Shown here one piece after another: positions 10,890 through 22,896 of a DNA stretch of 64,000 nt. The number at the start of each line of letters is the position of its first letter. Within the stretch, counting starts at the first letter, position 1. Under the pieces are notes generated by a model. It worked only from the letters and a program-made list of their open reading frames with translations, did not search any database and was not told where the DNA came from. Source of the DNA: an uncultured Nitrososphaerales archaeon (GTDB lineage: Archaea; Thermoproteota; Nitrososphaeria; Nitrososphaerales; Nitrososphaeraceae); assembly GCA_963695855.1 (NCBI GenBank), contig CAVOHZ010000008.1, forward strand, positions 160,001 through 224,000, written 5' to 3'. Position numbers and translations under genes: made by a program.

Positions 10890-11891
10890 CTAAGGGAGAG
10901 GAATTTTCTCGAGAATAGTTTTAATTATTTGATCACTAGTAATGTATTCAGCTTCTGCCTCATAGGTAAGAATAATTCTATGTCGTAGTACATCATAGGC
11001 AATATCTTGAATATCTTGTGGAATTACATATCCCCTTCCATTAAGAATTGCATTGGATTTTGCACCCACCGTGAGCCAGAGAGAAGCCCGGGGTGATGCA
11101 CCATACTCTATCTTGTTGTCAATATCAAGATCATAATCTTCTGGATGTCTTGTCGCGTCAACAATCTGTGCAACATATTCACGAATTTTTTGATCGGTAT
11201 AAATTCGGTGATTGAATTTTTGAATTTCTATTAATTTATCAGCAGAGATTGTTTTTTGTATTTTAACATCAATGCCTTCTGTGAATCTATGAATAATTTT
11301 TGATTCTTCATCTTTTCGAGGATACGAAATCAATAGTTTAAACATGAATCGATCAATTTGTGCTTCAGGTAGTTTGTAGGTACCTTCTGATTCAATAGGA
11401 TTTTGGGTAGCCATAACAAAAAATGGTTCCTTAAGTGGAAACGTCTCGCCTTGTATGGTTACTTGTTTTTCTTGCATTGCTTCTAACAATGCTGATTGGA
11501 CTTTTGGAGGTGCTCTGTTTATTTCATCTGCTAAAACAAAATTAGAAAAGATTGGTCCTTTTACTGTCCTAAATGAGGTAGAATTATGATCGTAAATTTT
11601 GGTTCCAATGATATCTGCAGGCAATAAATCAGGAGTGAATTGTAATCTCACAAAATTGGAATCAATGCATTCTGATAATGTCTTAATCAATAAAGTTTTG
11701 GCAAGACCTGGAACTCCCTCTAATAATACATGACCCTTTGACATCAACGCCAATATTAATTTGACAATGATTTTATCTTGACCTACAATTACTTTACTGA
11801 TCTCATTGTGTACATTAGAAAGAAGTTGGCAATATTGTTCGGCTTTCCGGTTTAGCTCTTCAACTTCTGGATTCAACATATCAGTCATCAT
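10890..11891 (-). CDS. moxR: MoxR family AAA+ ATPase
   Basis: LEGVPGLAKT Walker A, QFTPDLLPADIIG, LADEINRAPPKVQSALLEAMQE, ATQNPIE, GASPRAS. Confidence 0.95.
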   Translation of the reverse strand: MMTDMLNPEVEELNRKAEQYCQLLSNVHNEISKVIVGQDKIIVKLILALMSKGHVLLEGVPGLAKTLLIKTLSECIDSNFVRLQFTPDLLPADIIGTKIYDHNSTSFRTVKGPIFSNFVLADEINRAPPKVQSALLEAMQEKQVTIQGETFPLKEPFFVMATQNPIESEGTYKLPEAQIDRFMFKLLISYPRKDEESKIIHRFTEGIDVKIQKTISADKLIEIQKFNHRIYTDQKIREYVAQIVDATRHPEDYDLDIDNKIEYGASPRASLWLTVGAKSNAILNGRGYVIPQDIQDIAYDVLRHRIILTYEAEAEYITSDQIIKTILEKIPLP

Positions 11892-12038
11892 ACTTCTTCA
11901 ACTTCTGGATTCAACATTTCAGTCATAATACTAAGAAAACTAGTATGTCAATTTTCATATAAATATTATTTAACAACGTTCTCTAATGAATTGGATTATA
12001 TAAAAATCAAGGTGTTTGTTATATTTTGTAAAAAAATA

Positions 12039-13155
12039 ACTGGTCCCACTTTATAGAAGGGTTCAAATCCCACTGGCCCCGTTGTGATAATAGTTCTAAA
12101 ATTGGATTCACTAGAAAGAAAATAGGTGAATCAAAAAATAAAATGAAAATAGAACAGAGTTATGAAGAATCTAATGTATATTCATTATTTGAATATGATC
12201 AATTACTTTGCTTATGAATTATTAAATAATATCTTTATCTGATAAGTTTAGTGAAGGATAAGAATAACTTAGATAATAGAACTGCTTTAAATAAATATCA
12301 TCTTCCAGTACCAAAGAATTCCATTCAAAGAATTGATAGAAACACATCACCTGCTCATATAGGAAAGTTAAGAAATGCAATAGACTTTCTAGTTCCAGAA
12401 AATACCCCTGTATTAGCAGCAAGCGATGGAACAGTAACACTTGTTAATGATGACTCAATAATAGGTGGTCCAAGCGCTGCTTATTGGAACTTTTCTAATT
12501 TTATTTTAATTATGCATAAGAATAAAGAATGGTCAAGATATGATCATCTCAGATTTAATAGTTCTACTGTAAAAGAAGGACAAAAGGTTAAACAAGGACA
12601 GAAAATTGCGGAAGTAGGTATGACTGGTTATACATATATTCCGCATCTACATTTTCAAATCTCGATATTTGATGGTCCTAATATTTGGACAGATTTTGAC
12701 ACATTAATAGTTGAAGATTTTATAGATTCATAAATATTTAAGAAAAAAATACTTATATTTTTGAAAATGATTGAATATGAAAACGTGTTAGAGCTATTCT
12801 TTGATAAGGGTTATCGTTTAGATCTTTAATAAAAAATAAGTTACATAAATAAAGATTTTAGAATTAACGCATAAGATCCAAGATAGGTACAAAATTCTAG
12901 AATGAGACCAGAATCTGTGTTAAATTTGTTTTACAAACCACTGGCTCCATTGAACTCTGGGTTCTAATCCTATTTCTAGGAGAATTCATGAAACAGCAAT
13001 GTTACAAACTAGGAATTAATCTTTACTTTTTTTAATTATTTATTTATGAATCCATTAAGACAAAGAATTTTGAAATCCAATAATTATATTCAAAATAATT
13101 TTGTAACAACAAAGGATTCTGTAGGATTTGAACCCTTCTATAAAGTGAGACCAGT
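12039..13155. mobile_element. 1.1-kb segment bounded by 35-bp inverted repeats (family C) and carrying an M23 peptidase
   Basis: 12039-12073 actggtcccactttatagaagggttcaaatcccac vs reverse complement of 13121-13155: 2 mismatches in 35. Confidence 0.55.
12251..12733 (+). CDS. M23 family metallopeptidase
   Basis: H...NAIDF, TPVLAASDG, RYDHL, VGMTGYTYIPHLHF. Confidence 0.9.
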   Translation: MKDKNNLDNRTALNKYHLPVPKNSIQRIDRNTSPAHIGKLRNAIDFLVPENTPVLAASDGTVTLVNDDSIIGGPSAAYWNFSNFILIMHKNKEWSRYDHLRFNSSTVKEGQKVKQGQKIAEVGMTGYTYIPHLHFQISIFDGPNIWTDFDTLIVEDFIDS

Positions 13156-13544
13156 ACTTTTCATATTAACCTGATAGCTGCATCAACGAATGATCAGTCA
13201 TGGTCAATGGATAGAAACTCAACTAATAACGATATAAGAATACATTTCAAAAGATTGCATTTCAAAAAATTATTTCATTGAATTGAAAGAAGGAGAGAAC
13301 TTATCTTAGATTAACATATACGAAAATCGTCTATGATTTGTATTGATATGCAAATTCTGTTTTGTTTTTGAAGTAGTTATACTGCTTATTATTTATTGGT
13401 ATCAATATATTATTTGTAAAAATAATTTTATATTTTTTATCTGTTTCAATATTCTTAACCCAAGAAATTTTTATATCACCAAAATGATTTTGTCGCTAAA
13501 TTAAGGTACATTTTAAAAAAGAGTATTAAAATTGGTGTTTTCTA

Positions 13545-14141
13545 CTAACCACCTTGTTTACAATCATAGTTCGCTCTAAAGTGTGATTTTCCGCTATCTG
13601 TAACATAAATATAGCCTTTAGAGTCCATCGCGATGTCATGAGGAATTAGAAATTGGTCATCTTTACATCCAAGTGATCCCCACATAGTTAGGAAGTTACC
13701 ATTGCTGTCAAATTTTTGAACTCTAACATTTCGGGTATCCACTACATAGACATTGCCTTCTGAATCAACAACAATACCATGATTTTCGATAAATTGACTT
13801 TTACCTTTTCCTTCACTACCCCACATTTTTATAAATTTACCGTTGCTATCAAATACTGACACTCTGGAATTTTCTCTACCATCAGTAACATAAACATTAT
13901 CTTTAGAGTCTACTGTTATATCGTGTAGATGTACAAATTGACCTTTCTTTTTACCCTCTTTTCCCCACATGTCTATAAATTTACCATTGCTGTCAAATTT
14001 TTGTATTCTGGGAAGTGTTTGATCAGAAACATACACATTACCGCCTGAATCTACGGCTACACCCCAAGGCTTTTTAAATTGACCTTTCTTTTCACCTTCT
14101 TGTCCCCACATGTCTAAGTCAAGTGGCTTGGTTAATGTCAT
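13545..14141 (-). CDS. NHL-repeat beta-propeller protein
   Basis: Four GQF..P.GVAVDS.GNVYV.D repeats. Confidence 0.9.
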   Translation of the reverse strand: MTLTKPLDLDMWGQEGEKKGQFKKPWGVAVDSGGNVYVSDQTLPRIQKFDSNGKFIDMWGKEGKKKGQFVHLHDITVDSKDNVYVTDGRENSRVSVFDSNGKFIKMWGSEGKGKSQFIENHGIVVDSEGNVYVVDTRNVRVQKFDSNGNFLTMWGSLGCKDDQFLIPHDIAMDSKGYIYVTDSGKSHFRANYDCKQGG

Positions 14142-14155
14142 ATCCTTTTAACTAA

Positions 14156-15278
14156 CAGGTCTAAATTATTGAATAGGTAAAGCTTAAGGTATCCTGAATA
14201 TCATAATTCTATGTACCATGGTTCTACTACCAAACTCAACCTCACCACAGGACAGAAGAACAGTCTAAAGTCGTTGATGAAATATAGTACCGACAAGAAG
14301 CATTATCGCAGATTAATGGCAATACTTCAGAAGAGCAACGGTAGAACTTTTGCAGATATAGCAAGAAGGAACATGGTGTCAGTATCAGGTCAGTTCAAAG
14401 ATGGATATCGGCATATCTCCAGATAGGAACAAAAGGATTGGAGATAAGGAAACCAGGTGGTACAAAATTCCGTATAACAGATGAGGATAGAGAGACTATA
14501 CTTTCTGTACTTTTTAACGATCCCAATATTTTTGGTTACATCAGAAACACCTGGAGTCTGAGGTCACTGGCAAAGTGTCTTACAGAAGAACTTGACATTC
14601 CAATCAGTTTCAAACACCTTCAAAGGATACTGAAGGACATGGGTATCAGATGTAAGAGACCCAAGCTTGAACTTGAACATGGAGCTGATTATGAAGAGGG
14701 AAAGAAACAGATAAAGAACTACAAACAAGTAGCATCAGCTCTCAAAAAAAGAAAGTGATGTTGGTCTTTGAAGATGAAACTATAGTAACACAGAAGCCAT
14801 GTATAAGAAAGTCAATGAGTTTTGAAGGTGAACAACAAAAAATTAGGCATAACGGTAGTAGAAAGAAATTCTCAATGTACATATCCATGCTATGGCCTGA
14901 ACAGAATCTGTTGTATGATTTCTATGACAGATCAAATTCCACCAATGCTATAAACCATTTAGAGAATCTCAAGATACATGTAATGAAAAATAATGGTTGG
15001 AAAAGAATTGTACTGGTATGGGATAACGCTTCATTTCACCTAAGCAAGATGACAAAAAAATATATCAATGGACAGAAAAAAGACTGGCTCAGTATAATAC
15101 ACCTTCCAAAGAGGGCGCCATACCTTAATCCAAATGAGAGAAAAGTAAACCAGAAGATAAAATCAGATGTGTGTGCAAATAGATTCTATACCAATATAGA
15201 AGAACAAAAAGATGCAATATCAGAATATCTGGATAAGAGATTTGGAAGATGGTGTAACGACATTCATGATGACACTTG
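14156..15278 (+). mobile_element. IS630 family element; transposase split in three frames (14211-14426, 14438-14758, 14755-15279)
   Basis: HTH WSLRSLA, DDE domain FEDET / WDNASFH / PYLNPNE; A7G slippery run near 14744-14751; extra frameshift in orfA; ends approximate. Confidence 0.85.
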
Positions 15279-15722
15279 ACTTCCTTCGGCAGTTAGATCA
15301 TCAAATGCTATGATAAATTCAACTTGTGCTCCATAATGTCTCTGTAGTATTGCAATTCTTTCATTTTTGAATTGAATTACGCCATTTTTATCCCATTGCT
15401 TTTTGTATTCGGGAGTTCTTTCGAGAAGTTGTTTTGTATGTATGCTTTGCTCATTTTTTGCCTCTTTTATTTCCTCCTTGTTGGATTTTTCCGCTTCCTC
15501 AAAGCATGGTTTACAAAGTACATCATCTTCTGACATTCCACTAGGTCTTTGAATTCTTCTTACAAGAAAATCCTTATATGGAAATTTTAAACTGAATGTC
15601 CCTAACTCCTTTTTGCAAACATAACAAGCTTTTGTCATTATCAAAAATAAATCATGCCAATAATTAAGATTTTTGAGTAAAATGATCCGCTTATTCCGTA
15701 ATATATGAAAAGAACTTTTCAA
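15264..15722 (-). CDS. Zn-binding hypothetical protein, 3' end truncated by IS630
   Basis: CYVC...LCKPC; likely start at MTKAC; last codons lie inside the IS end. Confidence 0.55.
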   Translation of the reverse strand: MKSSFHILRNKRIILLKNLNYWHDLFLIMTKACYVCKKELGTFSLKFPYKDFLVRRIQRPSGMSEDDVLCKPCFEEAEKSNKEEIKEAKNEQSIHTKQLLERTPEYKKQWDKNGVIQFKNERIAILQRHYGAQVEFIIAFDDLTAEGSQVSS

Positions 15723-15801
15723 TAGATATTCAAAATTATTTTTCTACATGTAAAGATTCCTGTATTTATTGTTGAAAATTATATTATAATAATTAATTCT
15801 A

Positions 15802-16854
15802 TTACGTTATATTTAATATTGAGGATAGCCAATCAACTTTGGTATGTCTTTCTAACAAACTTTTTGAATTTTGAACTATTTTTGTAGTATCAGGATCTTT
15901 TTTTATCAAGTCTACCAACTCATCAGAATTATCAACAGCAAAACAATTATAACCCTCTTTAAAGTCACAATAATCTTTTTTATAATATCTATATACATTT
16001 TCAATCCATTTTCTATGTAAAATTAATGCACATCCATCATGTATTGCTTCTAAGAATGTATATTGGGTACCACCACCATCATATCTTATTACCGATAAAT
16101 CTACTACAAATTTGTATTTTGAGAGAAGTTTTGAAATTGTAAAAAATGATTTTTTAAATTTACCATGGTAACTATTCTTGAAATCTGGATTATTTTTACC
16201 AAATGTTAAATAAACATATTTTGGTGTAATACAGCCATATATGTCGATAAATTTTTTATCTAGTTTTTTATTCGCATTAATTAGAATATCAATATTTTTT
16301 CCGTAACCGATTCTTGAGATTGATACTGCACCATTTTTATCTAGATTTGATTGCTTAAATGTAGGATATGGATAAAAAGGATGATAGATGAATGTAGAGT
16401 GTAGATCATATCTTAGTTTTAGATAATCTTGCATGGTTTTTCTAATAGTTATCAAATTCCATTTTTTTAAATATGGAATCATACGATTGGATATATCTCT
16501 TGGATCATGGATGACCAAGAATTTATTTTTTTTGCTAGATGTTTTCTCTTCTAGTTCAGAAATTACTTGGAAAAAATTATCTTTAATAACAGTTATTAAA
16601 AGATCCTTCTTTTCTAGTAAATGATCTAAAGTAATATTCTTATATTTAATATCGTAACCAAAATCACGCAGTTTTTTCTCATTTTTTAGAGAGAAATGTA
16701 AAATTGGTTCATTCATTTTATCAAGTCCCATCTTATAAAATAGATGTGCAGTAAAAGTAGTAACCCCTCCATAGAAATATTTATGAAGATATAACAAATC
16801 TATGCTTTCAAGAGTATTTTCAATTACACCATCATCATAATGAATTCTTTGCAT
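15802..16854 (-). CDS. GT-B glycosyltransferase resembling phage DNA alpha-glucosyltransferase (AGT-like)
   Basis: YGGVTTF, VIHD, SISRIGYGKN and DLS...GGGTQYTFLEA motifs. Confidence 0.7.
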   Translation of the reverse strand: MQRIHYDDGVIENTLESIDLLYLHKYFYGGVTTFTAHLFYKMGLDKMNEPILHFSLKNEKKLRDFGYDIKYKNITLDHLLEKKDLLITVIKDNFFQVISELEEKTSSKKNKFLVIHDPRDISNRMIPYLKKWNLITIRKTMQDYLKLRYDLHSTFIYHPFYPYPTFKQSNLDKNGAVSISRIGYGKNIDILINANKKLDKKFIDIYGCITPKYVYLTFGKNNPDFKNSYHGKFKKSFFTISKLLSKYKFVVDLSVIRYDGGGTQYTFLEAIHDGCALILHRKWIENVYRYYKKDYCDFKEGYNCFAVDNSDELVDLIKKDPDTTKIVQNSKSLLERHTKVDWLSSILNIT

Positions 16855-17047
16855 TAAGATTCACCTTGGAGAAATACAATAAAAATAATTATACTAAAAA
16901 TATTATTAAATATATCTCAAAAACAATAAGCAAAAACAATAATCTTTAATGCTCTGATGATTGAAATTAGGTGTTTTAGTGATGTACTATAACAAAAAAT
17001 ATTCATCGTTATTTTGTATTTGCTTGTTATATTTAAGACATGTATAT

Positions 17048-17114
17048 GAACCCGAATACATAACGGGCCCGTCGGGAGTAATACCGATAGCGGTGCAAAA
17101 ATAAGAGTCTAATG
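17048..17114 (+). repeat. Junction element family A copy (gaacccg arm, tRNA-like core, accgatagcggt hairpin arm)
   Basis: gggcccgtcgggagtaataccgatagcggtgcaaaaataagagtctaatg, also at 26956, 33510 and 41701(-). Confidence 0.85.
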
Positions 17115-17272
17115 CTATAGTAAAAAGAGAGAATATTTAAGATTTCCTTTCTAACTTATGAAATATATTATTTACCTATAAAGAAAACTTTGTTTTATCG
17201 TAACGTTAACAAACTGAAAAAAAGGAGTTAAGACCTCACCTCAATTATGATACGAATTTAAAAAATTTAATT

Positions 17273-17707
17273 TCATGTCAATTCTTCTTCCTTTTCCCTT
17301 TCAGCTTTTTCCCTTTCCTTCTGGGCCTTTTGTATCTCCTTTTCAGCTTCCCTTCTAGCTTTTTCCCTTTCCTTCTGGGCCTTTTGTATCTCCTTTTCAG
17401 CTTTTTCCATCTCCTTTTCCTCTTTTTCCCTTTGCTTTATCTGTCTCTTTTCCATCTCCTCCTTCAACTTCTGTTCTCTAAAATACTCCTCCGCCTGCAT
17501 CTTTAACATCTTCTTTTCTTTTGTTGGTCTTGATCTATGTGCCAGATACATAATGACAAATCCAAAGATTGTTACTAACAAACCAATTATAGGAATACCG
17601 CCCAAAAAAAGCAAGGGCTGAGCTAATGCCGCAATAATTAATCCAAGTCCTGTTAATAGGATTATGAAACCAAAAAGATATCCAAATACTTGTGATGCTC
17701 TACCCAT
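17273..17707 (-). CDS. Two-TM membrane protein with charged coiled-coil tail
   Basis: Two hydrophobic helices, then EK-rich tail containing a 54-bp-period duplication. Confidence 0.7.
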   Translation of the reverse strand: MGRASQVFGYLFGFIILLTGLGLIIAALAQPLLFLGGIPIIGLLVTIFGFVIMYLAHRSRPTKEKKMLKMQAEEYFREQKLKEEMEKRQIKQREKEEKEMEKAEKEIQKAQKEREKARREAEKEIQKAQKEREKAEREKEEELT

Positions 17708-17856
17708 TTATTTACTCAATTGCCTTGATTTTATATTTATTGATAGCCGTACATATTAGCGATCTTTCCTTTCCAAGATTCATAGCAGTATGTACAGCAT
17801 ATTTTTCTAAATACGGTGTACATTCTGACAGAAATGAATTCAAGCTCTAACATCCC

Positions 17857-18309
17857 TCAATTGAATATGCTTGATAATAAGTTAATTACTCCATTGCCTG
17901 ACGAACTTCCACTACCACCACATCCTACTTGGGATCTCAACATAAGAAGTTCTGGATGACCCATAATAATCGCTAATGTGCCTCCACCTAGACACAACAA
18001 AACACGTTCCCCTTCACTTGTTAACTCATTATTATCATCAACTAACTCATTACAAGGTTCGGATACTAAGAAATCTGGTGCCATTTCACAAAGTTTCATC
18101 CAATTTATGCCGTTATTTGAGTTGTAGTCATCATTGTAATCGCCATATGCTAAAGGAATAGTAAATAGACCTATACCTTTCATGTGTTGTTCTGTTGCTG
18201 CGTCCAATTCAGTAGAGATTGTAGATAGAACAACAACAATCATTAACATCGCCATGGCAAAAATTGTTGTTGTTGATATAAATTTAGATTTCTCTGTATT
18301 AATTCTCAT
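17857..18309 (-). CDS. Hypothetical secreted Cys-containing protein
   Basis: Signal peptide; WMKLC...PCNELVD...LTSEGERVLLC. Confidence 0.7.
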   Translation of the reverse strand: MRINTEKSKFISTTTIFAMAMLMIVVVLSTISTELDAATEQHMKGIGLFTIPLAYGDYNDDYNSNNGINWMKLCEMAPDFLVSEPCNELVDDNNELTSEGERVLLCLGGGTLAIIMGHPELLMLRSQVGCGGSGSSSGNGVINLLSSIFN

Positions 18310-18400
18310 ATACAGATTTAAGCTGAGCTTTTGTAGTTATATATTAATCTTAACAAGATTTTACAAATTCTTTAAAATTTGTTAAAAATATTATATAATT

Positions 18401-19581
18401 GAGAGTGGGTCATAATTCAATTAACAAATTTTATGATGCTAACAATAGTAGGATGTTTTCAGTCATTATGTTCCTAGCATGTATTTGATTGCTCTTGGAT
18501 TATCTTTTCTAGTTTTACAGTTATAATACACAAGTATCTGATAGAGCAGTACTGATAGTAGTACTACTGAAGAAGCCTTGGCATATCCTCTCACAGGTAA
18601 TGGATCTATTCTAAAGACAGATTTGATATGTTCTATCAATGGTTCAATTGATATACTTCTGAGAGAATAGATAGTCTGTCCAACTTCAGATTCATAAAAT
18701 TCTATCAGTTTTATTCTGTCAGAGGGTGTATTTCTATATCTCTTTACTGGACACACTAGTTGAAATCCCATATCTGTACTAAGATCGTACAGTTCATGAT
18801 CATCGTATCCAGGATCTGCAGACATGTATAATGTTCTTTTAATCATTGTAAACGGAAGACTTGCTGTCAATATACTGTACATCTGATTGTCTGGTATGTT
18901 GGCAGTTGTAAAGTCTGCTGCCAAAGGTACAATAATAGAACCACCGGTACTTGATATCAAATGTAATTTGTATCCAAATATCCAGCCCTTTGTATGGCTA
19001 ATTCCCCACATTGCATCTGTATCGATACCGGAACGAGGTACTACTTTCTTCTTTATAGAGGATTTGTGCCATACATGACCTTTAGCCTTTACAAGAGTAC
19101 TGTCTGCTGAAAGAATAGATGGATCGATTATTTTATCATGCACAAAAAGTTTACCCATTGTAGTAATTCTGTTTTTGATATCATTAGATATCGCAGCAAG
19201 ACGTCTATCAAATGTTCGTCTGCTAGGTATTCTGGATAGTCCACATTCCCTCATTACCTTTTTGTTATATGATAGGTCCATTGCAAGGTATTCGTGTAAT
19301 GCTCTGTTAGAATCCAATCTAAACCATATACGTACTATAAAGCATCTCAAAATAACAGTAGGTGAATAGACATATGGTCTACCACGTCCTCCTCCTCCTC
19401 CTCCTCTACTGTTATGTGGCCAATGAATCAAACCAATCAAATACAAAATACTAATTAGAATAGATGTTGATCTTTTTTGCTGTGCTAGTTTGTTGGTTTG
19501 GATGATTGTTACACCAAAACATCATATACCAATAAACTAGCTTTATTTGTTATGAAAATAAAATAATTATGACCCAGCCTC
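18401..19581 (-). mobile_element. Complete IS with DDE_Tnp_1-type transposase (18466-19446; family not firmly assigned)
   Basis: TIRs gagagtgggtcataatt and gaggctgggtcataatt (revcomp); 8-bp TSD ATATAATT (18393-18400, 19582-19589); paralogous empty site near 29958; motifs ADST, FGYKLH, ADPGYD, IEP. Confidence 0.92.
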
Positions 19582-20089
19582 ATATAATTACAAATGCATT
19601 TTTAATATTATTATTACAGATAATTGTTAATTTTGTTTTAATTAATAGGTATTTTAAAATGTACACCATAAATGGGTGGTTTTAGAATTATTTTAATATC
19701 GTAGCAACTAGAAAGTATCTAAGGTATAGTAAAGGTGTTTTCAGTGGTTGTTATGACATTGTTGATGAATTTCTTATTGCATTTTAAAGTATGTCTATCT
19801 ACAATAACTTCAATTTCTAAAACTTCTGTTAAATTAAATTTAATACCTATAGAGGGAATTCCAATGATTATTAGGCTAATTCAGCCTATTATTCAAACCA
19901 TATTATTTAGGACATTTATTTATGTTATCGCTCCATATATTGTTGAAGAAAAAAGATAATCAAAGTATAATCTTATACAATCAATGAAAAAGATTCAATA
20001 GAATTATTTCATATTTAACCATCTTTTCCTTTACACAAGTAATTTCTTATTATAAAAAGTTAATTACTTGTTGATGGATAATTTATAAT

Positions 20090-20365
20090 ATGGTAAACAA
20101 ATTTATGTTTATTTATGGCCGCACATCTTATCTAATTCTTTTCACAATGTCTATTCTTCTTGCTGGTACTTCTCTAGGTATAGGTTTTGCAGACGATGAT
20201 GACGACAATGATCTTTCATCTTATGACGTAGCAGTATTGTGTGATGCAACAGAGGATTATGAGGCTCACAAGAAACAGTGTGACAAGTTATACGATGAAC
20301 TAAGAGATGAAGGAAAGAAAGTAGATTATGATGCAAAAGATCACGATGACGATGACGATGACTAA
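20090..20365 (+). CDS. Small acidic secreted hypothetical protein
   Basis: Signal peptide plus Asp-rich body with two Cys. Confidence 0.65.
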   Translation: MVNKFMFIYGRTSYLILFTMSILLAGTSLGIGFADDDDDNDLSSYDVAVLCDATEDYEAHKKQCDKLYDELRDEGKKVDYDAKDHDDDDDD

Positions 20366-20586
20366 AAAAACTCATCCCCTATTTTATTATGATATCCTAA
20401 ATGAATCTCTTTTTTAATAAATTAATATAATTTTTTTCTAAATTTGTTAGTCTTAATCAAGAGTTAATATTTTCGGATATCAAACTTTCGCTATTTCTCT
20501 GTAGGCAGTCAATTTTTTTCTGATAGTCAGGTACAATTTGTTTCAAAAAACTCCAAAAATGATGAGAATGTCCCTGAATTTACTAT

Positions 20587-20625
20587 GTAGTAGAACACTA
20601 CTACGTGCAAGACTCTACTCCCAGA
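20587..20625 (-). repeat. Junction element family B copy (degenerate)
   Basis: Revcomp gggagtagagtcttgcacgtagtagtgttctactac matches 34321, 54338 and 60274. Confidence 0.7.
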
Positions 20626-20909
20626 TAAGCCTACTACTTTTATAAAGTAATGAAATTTTTTATAACTATACTCTCATTCTATATGTAGACATGTTATATC
20701 ATTGGAACTATAAACTTGAAGATGATGAATTAACTTACAGTATAAATACAAATGACAAACTGTTTAACGCACTTGTAGATTTATCGATGCAGGAATGGGA
20801 AGATGCTTTGGGCGGCGTGATATCATTTAAGAAGGTGGATAATCAACCGTTCAATTTATAAATTATTAAATTAAATTATAATTATTTCATTAATCAAACC
20901 CATTTACTC

Positions 20910-21236
20910 TTAGTATTTAGTCATGTCTTCGATCAATTTTATATCTTTTTCATCTACACCTTCAAGGCATTTAAAATCTGAAACTTCTAAGTCTAATTCT
21001 TTTTGTAGGTTTTGTATTCTATTAGCGTATTTGATTTCATTATCAAATTCACCTTTATTATGAGCAATAGAATAACCTACCCAGCATTTATGTAGAGCGC
21101 CCCATGTTTGACTGTCATAATATAATGATTCTAAAATTTTATGATATCTGCTCCCTTCCCTATAATATCTACCAGGATTAAATCCATGTTTATAAAGAAA
21201 TGCAGGATAATATCTTCTATATTTATGTGAACGCAT
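20910..21236 (-). CDS. Uncharacterised multicopy 'WGALHK' family protein (intact copy)
   Basis: QTWGALHKCWVGYSIA...EIKYANRIQNLQKELDL; paralogues at 34703-34969 and 62366-62688. Confidence 0.75.
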   Translation of the reverse strand: MRSHKYRRYYPAFLYKHGFNPGRYYREGSRYHKILESLYYDSQTWGALHKCWVGYSIAHNKGEFDNEIKYANRIQNLQKELDLEVSDFKCLEGVDEKDIKLIEDMTKY

Positions 21237-22186
21237 ACTAATAATATTTTATCTTCTAAACTATTTATAATTTAAAATCAAGGAGCTTGGATGAAAAAAA
21301 TATTTAATTCTAAATCTATTATATTTCTTTCAATATTTACAACATTTTAGAAATTTGAAGACAGAAGTGGTAATATACTTCCTCATGACATTTCAAGATT
21401 TATAAATGTTCCCTACCTAATTTAATAGCTTCATTAAAGAGAACTTATTTTCCTTTTAATACTTCCTAATAGTCATGTAATTAATCAGATTATTATAATA
21501 TTTATCTTCATATATGGTTATTAATATACAATATTTGAAAAATGAATTTAGTATAATGCTATACCAAAACCAAATTGAAACTAAGAGATGAGAGTTAATT
21601 TTGAGGCTTATTCTTTTTCTTCACAAAAGTAAGGATATTCATCTCTAAAATTATTCCTGCTTTCACATTCACCTTCACAACTTATTTGGTTGAAGATTTA
21701 TCATTATCTAAATTTACTTTCACCATCTTTAACAAGTTTACAACCTTTATTATCAGATAATCCCTAATGACCATCTTATTATTTCTATATTTATCAATAT
21801 CATCAAAGTATTTGTCTGCTTTATCTTCATTATCATCAGCAAAATCATACACATGAGTCTCCCAGCTTGCACGGTTATTTGCACATGATTCATTTATTTT
21901 TCATGTTTTTCTATTTCATAACTGTCTTCCGCATACGCTACGTCATCTTTATATTCATCTCTCAGATTTTCATTTTCAAGTTTACAGTTACAGTCCTCCC
22001 ATTCTCCATGATAATAAGAACAAATCTCTTCCTTGTTGTCTTCAATGTCGGGATAAATATATGCAGGGATTATTAATGACATTATTGCAACAAATAGGGA
22101 TGATCCACCTATCATTCATGATAGCTGATGTTTTTCCATAAACTATAACATATTATATTTTTTTATAAAGTAATTTTTACAACATT

Positions 22187-22384
22187 TTAGAAATTTGATA
22201 TCCCTACAAATGGTTGAAACATTATAATGTAGATCTCGGGCAGGGCAATCTCTGTTTCTGTTTTGGATTGTGCCCATAACTTAGTAACTTGACGTCTTCG
22301 TTCTTCAATAACGAATTTTGATTTGCTATTGTTGTTAGTATCATAATCATAATTAAAACTTGAATTTTGCAGATCTATGGTCAA
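22187..22384 (-). pseudogene. Frameshifted HTH protein remnant of mobile-element type
   Basis: IEERRRQVTKLWAQSKTETEIA, continuing in another frame as YNVSTICRDIKFLK. Confidence 0.55.
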
Positions 22385-22896
22385 ATTTTGCTTTTATATA
22401 TGATGTTTAAACTTTTATATTTTTTCTAAAGTTAAGTATATAGAACGAAATCAATCAAGTAATATTATGAGATGCAAATGCAAGAAGATTGTAAATAATA
22501 TAATAGTTATCAACTATTATAATTATCGGGTTACTAATTAGTTTATTAGACCTAATATTTTTTATCATTTATAGATTCTGTGAAATTGTTACACAATATT
22601 TATTATATCATTTAATAAGAGAATAATCCTTTTATAATTATCTTATAATTATCTTATAAAATATAATTCTGTGGGTTATTTGTCGAATAGATATTTTTAC
22701 CTACTTTTAATGATATTACTATACGATAGTAATTTATTTTTGATATATAAAAATAAAATAGATGAATTCCCTAGTTAATAGAACGTAATAATTTACAAGT
22801 AAATAACTATATTATTAAATTAATAATTAGATTCTTCTATTAAATTAGCTAGTGATCATTAGCACCCCAAATAAAGAATATATGAATCTATAAACT

